This document shows positions 58,223 to 64,000 of a stretch of DNA of 64,000 bases, piece by piece. The notes beneath the pieces are model-generated. The model had not been told where the DNA came from and searched no databases. It saw only the letters and a program-made list of their open reading frames with translations. Positions within the stretch are counted from its first letter, which is position 1, and each line of letters opens with the position of its first letter. The position numbers and the translations under genes were made by a program. The stretch lies in IMG/VR virus record IMGVR_UViG_3300034071_000245. One strand, 5' to 3'. This stretch comes from an uncultured virus (IMG/VR IMGVR_UViG_3300034071_000245). Lineage: Duplodnaviria; Heunggongvirae; Uroviricota; Caudoviricetes.

Positions 58223-59050
58223 TTATGGTTTCAGGACACTACGCATAAAGTCGAGACCTTTCATTTCAAGGCTCGTATCTTTTAGTTCGTGGCCGCCGTC
58301 GAATGTATAGAACTTGTGATATACACCGAGTTGATTCAACTTTGTTGCCACCATAACAGACTGTGCATAAGGCACAATATCATCTTTTGTTCCGTGTATG
58401 ATACAAGTTGGAGGGAACAAAGCGGTGACTGCATAGATGGGCGAAGCAGATTGATACAGTCCGGGGTTTTGCTCATATGTTGTATTGTTGAACAGCGGCA
58501 AAACACCAATAAGGTCTTTCATCTTTGCTCCGCCAAGGTCGCAAGGGCCGAAAACATCAAGAATGCAACTTGCACTAGGGCTAAAATTAGAATGTAAATG
58601 ACTCCTATCGCCGGGGATAGTATTAGGATTAGCACCAACCATAAGCGCCAAATGACCACCGGCAGAATCACCTCCAACTCCAATGCGATTAGGATCGATA
58701 CGAAAGTTGACAGCATTGGATCTTACCCATCTAATGGCATTTTGAACATCTTGAAACTGGGCTGGCCATTGCGTTGTCTTGTCCTCATATGTGGCAAGAC
58801 GGTAGTTTATTGCAATGACATGAAAACCGGCCAGAGCATAGCGTCTAGCACGGCCCTCGTATGCGGATTTATCACCAGCAGACCAACCACCACCGTGGAT
58901 AAACACAACCACAGGACGAACCCCTCGATTAAGGAGATAGAGGTCAGCGGTCTCCGATTTCGACACACCATATGGGATATCCTTATAAACTGTCCAGTTG
59001 GGTTTGATGATGTTAGAGAAGTATGGAAGAATGTAGTTAAGTGGGTTCAT
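58223..59050 (-). CDS. Alpha/beta hydrolase (HSL-family esterase/lipase)
   Basis: HGGGW oxyanion motif; NYRLA; GDSAGGHL; HGTKDDIVP; GGH. Confidence 0.92.
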   Translation of the reverse strand: MNPLNYILPYFSNIIKPNWTVYKDIPYGVSKSETADLYLLNRGVRPVVVFIHGGGWSAGDKSAYEGRARRYALAGFHVIAINYRLATYEDKTTQWPAQFQDVQNAIRWVRSNAVNFRIDPNRIGVGGDSAGGHLALMVGANPNTIPGDRSHLHSNFSPSASCILDVFGPCDLGGAKMKDLIGVLPLFNNTTYEQNPGLYQSASPIYAVTALFPPTCIIHGTKDDIVPYAQSVMVATKLNQLGVYHKFYTFDGGHELKDTSLEMKGLDFMRSVLKP

Positions 59051-59072
59051 GATTGACTCCTTTCAATCTTAT

Positions 59073-59444
59073 CTAGCAATCCTCCGATAAGATTTCACGG
59101 CCAACATCAGGACCCCAATTTACTTCCTTGCTTACCTGATCTTCCCGATGTTTAACACTATCGAAGATAAAACGCAACTTGTTTTCTGTTGGCCAGAAAC
59201 TTAGATAAGCGTTTTCACGATCAAATAGTTCCAGATATTCTTTCTCCGTGATAACACGATGGGAAAAGATATCTTCCGCAATATGATTCTGTGATACTTC
59301 TTCTAGTTTGTCTTGATAAGTTCCGGCTGTAATAGCGTCGGTCACATCATCAAGAGCATAATCATTTGGCTCACTATCAGGTAGTCGCACAACATATGTG
59401 TGGCGGAATGTGGAAACAGTTTCGACTAGGACAAGTTTGGACAT
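59073..59444 (-). CDS. Hypothetical protein
   Basis: ORF track; C-terminal EVNWGPDVGREI. Confidence 0.65.
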   Translation of the reverse strand: MSKLVLVETVSTFRHTYVVRLPDSEPNDYALDDVTDAITAGTYQDKLEEVSQNHIAEDIFSHRVITEKEYLELFDRENAYLSFWPTENKLRFIFDSVKHREDQVSKEVNWGPDVGREILSEDC

Positions 59445-59448
59445 TATA

Positions 59449-59655
59449 TCAACTCCGTTCGATTAAGTCAAGTAGATTAGTTAGGAAACGTTCCTCTTGA
59501 CTACACTGACCGACAATACCTTCCCACACAGGATCAATCTTTGCAGTCTGGGCAAAATCATGTTTGATACGCCGCAGATCGGCTAGTCTATTATAAATCT
59601 TTTCTTTGATTTCGATTAGTGCCACATCGGCGCTTTTAGTTAGAAACTCTGTCAT
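59449..59655 (-). CDS. Hypothetical protein
   Basis: ORF track; coupled. Confidence 0.6.
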   Translation of the reverse strand: MTEFLTKSADVALIEIKEKIYNRLADLRRIKHDFAQTAKIDPVWEGIVGQCSQEERFLTNLLDLIERS

Positions 59656-60068
59656 TCTACCACCTCTAGTTTATCTTTATTTACTTTCAATGTCACTTTC
59701 TTAGCAGCATTGATATCACCACTCAATTTCGTATAGTCACGACCACCATCAATAGCAACTGGGCCGCACTCCCGATAATCGTGACGATAACGAGAATAAT
59801 ATACATCATCACCAATCTGAATGCCCTCGAAAGGTTCAGTGGCAGAGATACCATTGGTGATCATAAACTGTTCACCATTATTATACAAGGCAAAGTAGTT
59901 TGAACCCTGCGGGTGTGCTTCTTCTGTATAAAAGATAGCAGCAGGAAAGTTGGCCCAGCCATGCTTGCCTTTGATACAAGACTCCATAACGAATGTAGCC
60001 TTATACATATTCTCAACCTTAGCAATGCCATCAGGCTTTAGAAAGGTGCATTCATTATGGATTTTCAT
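59652..60068 (-). CDS. Conserved phage hypothetical protein
   Basis: YSRYRHDYREC..VAIDGGRDY motif. Confidence 0.7.
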   Translation of the reverse strand: MKIHNECTFLKPDGIAKVENMYKATFVMESCIKGKHGWANFPAAIFYTEEAHPQGSNYFALYNNGEQFMITNGISATEPFEGIQIGDDVYYSRYRHDYRECGPVAIDGGRDYTKLSGDINAAKKVTLKVNKDKLEVVE

Positions 60069-60277
60069 TACTCACCTTTCAGGTTCAGATCGACATTGTT
60101 ATTGCGGAAGTTATCAGTCATAACATTATATTTGAAACAAGCCTGACTTTTCATGTCACCACTATTCACACAATCCATTTTCAACTGAAAATCATACCAA
60201 GCGCCAAATATAATGCAGCCGAACATGACCGCAAAAAGAAGGCAGAGGAAGGCGAAGAACCAATCAAAGTGACGCAT
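60068..60277 (-). CDS. Small membrane protein
   Basis: Single TM segment then C..C. Confidence 0.6.
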   Translation of the reverse strand: MRHFDWFFAFLCLLFAVMFGCIIFGAWYDFQLKMDCVNSGDMKSQACFKYNVMTDNFRNNNVDLNLKGE

Positions 60278-60623
60278 TTTTAACTCCGTCTATATGAGAA
60301 CAGTGATTGCGATATTTGTATGCCGTGCAGGTGCATGAATAACGATTCAGCGGACCCGCAGTTACGACATATTTGCTATCCACGATTTTAACATTATCAC
60401 TAACATTTGACCTGTCGACCCATGCTTGGATAATGTTTCGCTTATCAAGTATGCGGACCGGTGCATCCATATCTCCAGTTGTTAGAAAGAACTCATTCTC
60501 GGATAGCCATGATTGACGAGGCACTACCCAGCCCATATATACTACTTCTTTGGGGTAACGGTAAGTTGCTATGTGTGGATAGTCACACATAGCACTTCGA
60601 TATTTTAATTTTAGATACGCCAT
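60264..60623 (-). CDS. SWIM zinc-finger protein
   Basis: YSCTC.AY.YR..CSHI. Confidence 0.75.
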   Translation of the reverse strand: MAYLKLKYRSAMCDYPHIATYRYPKEVVYMGWVVPRQSWLSENEFFLTTGDMDAPVRILDKRNIIQAWVDRSNVSDNVKIVDSKYVVTAGPLNRYSCTCTAYKYRNHCSHIDGVKNASL

Positions 60624-60637
60624 ATGGCACTCCGAAA

Positions 60638-61225
60638 TTAAATGCCAAGAGCCTTGAGGTCAAGGCCTTCAATCGAGTCCCAATCACGATCAATGTTGAA
60701 CGAAGTGCCAACTTCACCGCTAGTGCCGAAAGTCTCGGTCACATCGTCAAATTCACGGACATTCTTGGGCTTGAACTTAGCACCGACTGCCTTGAGCTTT
60801 GCAAGGTTAGCTGCCTTGATATCAGCAACGGACTTTTTAGCAGCGACCTTCTTAGGAGCAGCCGCAGCAGCCTTCTTAGCAGCAAATTCCTTGCTGGTCT
60901 TTGCGACAATCGTAGAAAGCTTAACAGTCTTTTGCTTGGGAGCCTTAGCAGCCTTCGGAGCAGCAGCCTTACGGGCAGCGCCGTGGACAGTGTTACGAAT
61001 AGCCTCAGCGTTAGAGGGTTCAGCGATTAGCGTATAAGACGCAACCTGGCGACCGTCTTTTTGCTTAGTGATGGTAAAGCCAAGCTTGCCGAGGTACCAG
61101 ACATGCTTAGACGCATAATCGCCATCGCCGACATGAGCATTAATCTCGGCCGGGGTAACGGGAACATTCATCTTGATAACCTGAAGGACCTTGACAACAG
61201 TAGGAGAGATAGTCAGATTTGCCAT
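60638..61225 (-). CDS. Putative DNA-binding protein: winged-helix-like N-terminus, Ala/Lys-rich H1-like linker, acidic tail
   Basis: KAAAPKAAKAPK...AAKKAAAAAPKKVAAKK; own early promoter. Confidence 0.6.
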   Translation of the reverse strand: MANLTISPTVVKVLQVIKMNVPVTPAEINAHVGDGDYASKHVWYLGKLGFTITKQKDGRQVASYTLIAEPSNAEAIRNTVHGAARKAAAPKAAKAPKQKTVKLSTIVAKTSKEFAAKKAAAAAPKKVAAKKSVADIKAANLAKLKAVGAKFKPKNVREFDDVTETFGTSGEVGTSFNIDRDWDSIEGLDLKALGI

Positions 61226-61257
61226 AGTTAAGACCTCGCTTTTTTGATTTATGCTCT

Positions 61258-61324
61258 ATTATAGGACAGTTTGGGACCCCTTGCAAGGGAAAAATGCCCG
61301 AAAAAGTGCGACATGATGACGCAC
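61258..61324 (-). promoter_or_regulatory. Early promoter TTGCAA-17-TATAAT with upstream palindrome GTGCGTCA-N3-TGTCGCAC
   Basis: -10 at 61258-63, -35 at 61281-86, palindrome at 61306-61324. Confidence 0.7.
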
Positions 61325-61331
61325 CCCTAGT

Positions 61332-61553
61332 CTATCGATTAGGTAGACTATTCAAGGCTTGGACTGGGCCATACCGGTCGTCCATGTCATAATACAGGGA
61401 ATCGATAATCCCCCCGACCATGTCACGGTCGACCTTGAGAGCGGACCGGGCGTTTACATACTCGACCACATCGCCGAGATAATAAGCGCCAGCTTCAATA
61501 GCATCGCCCACGAGTTCCACGATTTCGGTATAAGCATCAGACATGCGAGACAT
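61332..61553 (-). CDS. Hypothetical early protein
   Basis: GGAGGA RBS. Confidence 0.65.
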   Translation of the reverse strand: MSRMSDAYTEIVELVGDAIEAGAYYLGDVVEYVNARSALKVDRDMVGGIIDSLYYDMDDRYGPVQALNSLPNR

Positions 61554-61569
61554 ATTATTCCTCCTTCAA

Positions 61570-61779
61570 TCAGCAATCGGGGTCAAAATCATGCCACTCC
61601 TGCATTTCATCAGGCTGGCCATCATAATCATCTTCCCCGTCCTCGTCAGACAGATTGACGTCATAAAACTCTTCCACATCGGACTCGCTCATCCAGCAGA
61701 GCAATTCACGGATAAGAGTATCACGATCCAGCATACCTTCATCGACCATTTCGATGATCTTATTCGTATAAGAGCGCAT
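61570..61779 (-). CDS. Acidic hypothetical early protein
   Basis: Ends DGQPDEMQEWHDFDPDC; GGAG RBS. Confidence 0.65.
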   Translation of the reverse strand: MRSYTNKIIEMVDEGMLDRDTLIRELLCWMSESDVEEFYDVNLSDEDGEDDYDGQPDEMQEWHDFDPDC

Positions 61780-61903
61780 TATATTATTCTCCCAAACTTA
61801 GATATGATCATAGTCACGATAAGAGCGGCGAACAAAAAGGCGACCGTAGCCCATTCAGGAAAGAATGCATAAGCTGGCCAGCCTTTGGGGATTACGATTG
61901 TCA

Positions 61904-62137
61904 TTAGGCGTTCCAACCCATCCAGTCTTCAATCTGATTCTGTGACACTTCAACAGCCACAGCACCATCAAGCCACTTGTTGATATGCTTTGAGGTAGTG
62001 CGAGAGAATTTAGTGGAGGTGCGATAAAACTTGCCTTTGACATAAGCAGCAACAGGCGTCTTATATGAAACGAGAAAGGCATTCTCGCCATGACGGATTT
62101 CAATCTGATTTGAACCGATAGAAGCAGCACGAAGCAT
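61904..62137 (-). CDS. Conserved phage hypothetical early protein
   Basis: LVSY.TPVAA...FSRTTSKHINKW motif; AAGGA RBS. Confidence 0.7.
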   Translation of the reverse strand: MLRAASIGSNQIEIRHGENAFLVSYKTPVAAYVKGKFYRTSTKFSRTTSKHINKWLDGAVAVEVSQNQIEDWMGWNA

Positions 62138-62165
62138 TTAATTTCCTTTCCTCATTGTTGAACAT

Positions 62166-62233
62166 ATCATAGGACATATTCCGTCAAGAGTCAATAGGAA
62201 AACGACTAAAAGAGGTGTGACAGATTGTCGCAC
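62166..62233 (-). promoter_or_regulatory. Early promoter TTGACT-17-TATGAT with upstream palindrome GTGCGACA-N3-TGTCACAC
   Basis: -10 at 62166-71, -35 at 62189-94, palindrome at 62215-62233. Confidence 0.7.
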
Positions 62234-62382
62234 CCCTTATGGCCACGCTTACGGTCGTATTTGACCTTGGACTTGACTATTCGTTGCCTGAATTGCCCAT
62301 TTTTGAGCGCAAAAGCCACGGGGTTGGCAGCACCGGTGGTGCGTTTGCCCCGCTGGCTCGTGGTACCCCCGCTTTTTGACAT
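62206..62382 (-). CDS. ArfA-like alternative ribosome rescue factor candidate (58 aa)
   Basis: Manual ORF MSKSGGTTSQRGKRTTGAANPVAFALKNGQFRQRIVKSKVKYDRKRGHKGCDNLSHLF; GAGGAG RBS 7 nt upstream; N....L....FRQR..K.K..Y.RK..H as in ArfA. Confidence 0.6.
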   Translation of the reverse strand: MSKSGGTTSQRGKRTTGAANPVAFALKNGQFRQRIVKSKVKYDRKRGHKGCDNLSHLF

Positions 62383-62471
62383 ATCGACGCTCCTCGGTCG
62401 TTGGTATGGCCCAGTCCAAGATCGACTTAAGCTGGGCCATATTCTATATGGTTAAGTTCAAGGTGAAGGGA

Positions 62472-63695
62472 TTAACCCTTCACATTTAGCACCTGACGGA
62501 GACGATGCACGATTTCCACAAGGTCATCCTGTGCAGCCATGACCGCACCAATGTCCTTGTAGGCAGCCGGTGACTCGTCAATTACATCAGCGTCCTTACG
62601 GCATTCGATACCCTCGGTCGCCTTGATATGATCATCCAGCGTGATTGCCTTACGAGCCGCATTGCGGGACATACGACGACCAGCACCATGAGAACACGAA
62701 CAAAACGAATCCTGGTTACCAAGACCACGGACAATGAACGAACCCGTACCCATCGAACCCGGGATAATACCCAGATCGTCCTTACGGGCACGAACCGCAC
62801 CCTTACGGGTCACCCACACATTCTTGCCAAAGTGGTTCTCCTTAGCAATATAGTTGTGGTGACAGTTCACAGCCTTTTCATCAGAAACAACGAAAGCCGG
62901 TAAACGCTCACGAAGAACCTTTAGCACGGCATCCATCATTAACTGACGGTTAAGAGCAGCAAACTCCTGTGCCCAAGATACAGCCTCTACATAATCATCG
63001 AACAGTTCCGTATGTTCTACAAGATAGGACAAGTCCTGATCCGGTAGATACGGCAGGATATGATAGCGTTCCATTTCACGCTTTGCAGCATCAATGAAAT
63101 ACTGACCAATCTTGTTACCTACACCACGGGACCCGGAGTGCAGCATTACCCACACATAGTCATCCTCATCAAGACACAGTTCGATAAAGTGGTTGCCCGT
63201 TCCCAGGGTACCCAGGAACTCAACATCCTTATGGGACTTGATCTTCGGGTGCTTCTCAACGATCTTCGCATAGCGATCCGCCAGAATGTTCCATGCACCA
63301 GCAACATTCAGCGGCATATCAAGCCAGGTACCACGATCATTCTTACCACCGTTGTCGGTACGACCATGCGGAACCACGGACTCGATATGAGAACGCAGCG
63401 AGTGAAGGTTGTCCGGTAGATCGTTCGCCGTCAATGACAGACGAACAGCCATCATACCACAACCGATATCAACACCAACAGCAGCCGGCACAACTGCACC
63501 AACCGTCGGAATAACCGACCCAACCGTTGCACCCTTGCCAAGATGGACGTCCGGCATAACAGCAACATGGCCCGCAATAAACGGGAGTGACGCAATGTTA
63601 TCTAACTGGGTACGAGCATCAGCCTCGACCTCAACACCCTCGCACCACATCTTTAAACGCCCACCACGAGCGCCATCCACATACTGATATGCCAT
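62472..63695 (-). CDS. rtcB: RNA 2',3'-cyclic phosphate ligase RtcB
   Basis: MPDVHLGKG.TVG; GVDIGCG; GTLGTGNHFIE; HSGSRG; HHNY; RKGA; PGSMG; SHGAGR; DESP.AYK. Confidence 0.97.
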   Translation of the reverse strand: MAYQYVDGARGGRLKMWCEGVEVEADARTQLDNIASLPFIAGHVAVMPDVHLGKGATVGSVIPTVGAVVPAAVGVDIGCGMMAVRLSLTANDLPDNLHSLRSHIESVVPHGRTDNGGKNDRGTWLDMPLNVAGAWNILADRYAKIVEKHPKIKSHKDVEFLGTLGTGNHFIELCLDEDDYVWVMLHSGSRGVGNKIGQYFIDAAKREMERYHILPYLPDQDLSYLVEHTELFDDYVEAVSWAQEFAALNRQLMMDAVLKVLRERLPAFVVSDEKAVNCHHNYIAKENHFGKNVWVTRKGAVRARKDDLGIIPGSMGTGSFIVRGLGNQDSFCSCSHGAGRRMSRNAARKAITLDDHIKATEGIECRKDADVIDESPAAYKDIGAVMAAQDDLVEIVHRLRQVLNVKG

Positions 63696-63710
63696 TTAAT
63701 TTCTCCTTGT

Positions 63711-63893
63711 TTATTCTATAACTTCAACTCTATCTTCTGCCTGCATATACCAATCAGGTGCAGTATCGCTAACATTCTGTTCGTTTACAAACTTAATACG
63801 AGATTTTGCTTCTTCATAAGTATTGTATTCTTCGGTCCAATACTCTTGTCCCCAACCACGTTCCGACTCTAAAAGAAAGATACGATATCTCAT
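63711..63893 (-). CDS. Hypothetical protein; start revised to MRYRIF
   Basis: ESERGWGQ...PDWY motif; GGAGG RBS. Confidence 0.65.
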   Translation of the reverse strand: MRYRIFLLESERGWGQEYWTEEYNTYEEAKSRIKFVNEQNVSDTAPDWYMQAEDRVEVIE

Positions 63894-64000
63894 TACCGAA
63901 CCTCCACACAATTGCCACTATAACCAGACTTAAGAAGGTAGTAATTTATATAGCGTTTAACAGCTACTCTGGAAATGCCTCGAAAGACAATATCCTTATT

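Noticed and set aside
62249..62440. 63-aa ORF from the track
   Set aside because: Starts inside a hairpin without an RBS; the overlapping frame 62382-62206 has a strong RBS and a recognisable motif

Overview
A 64-kb segment of a T4-like myophage genome, nearly all on the minus strand, probably infecting an alphaproteobacterium (inferred from its tmRNA type). Left to right: terminase (gp17 partial, gp16); neck and tail terminator (gp13-15); a large, repeat-rich set of tail fibres, three with S74 chaperone C-termini; a VrlC-like protein; and the baseplate (gp8, 7, 6, 25, apparently split gp5, 27, 53) with gp2 and gp4. A plus-strand cassette (gp48, 54, 26, 51 and a hub/tape-measure-like protein with two putative peptidoglycan hydrolase domains) is followed by gp32, gp59, gp33 and an accessory region. 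Main discovery, not in the ORF track: a circularly permuted two-piece tmRNA (tag ANDNNAYEAFALAA*, G3:U70 acceptor stem, encoded CCA) whose intervening segment is almost entirely an HNH homing endonuclease gene with its own late promoter inside a hairpin. Also found: an unannotated ArfA-like ORF directly behind RtcB, an Rmf-like small ORF, a cyclic-phosphate-processing receiver domain and a nucleotidyltransferase. Together these suggest a phage ribosome-rescue and RNA-repair toolkit. All family calls are by-eye motif recognition; no searches were run.
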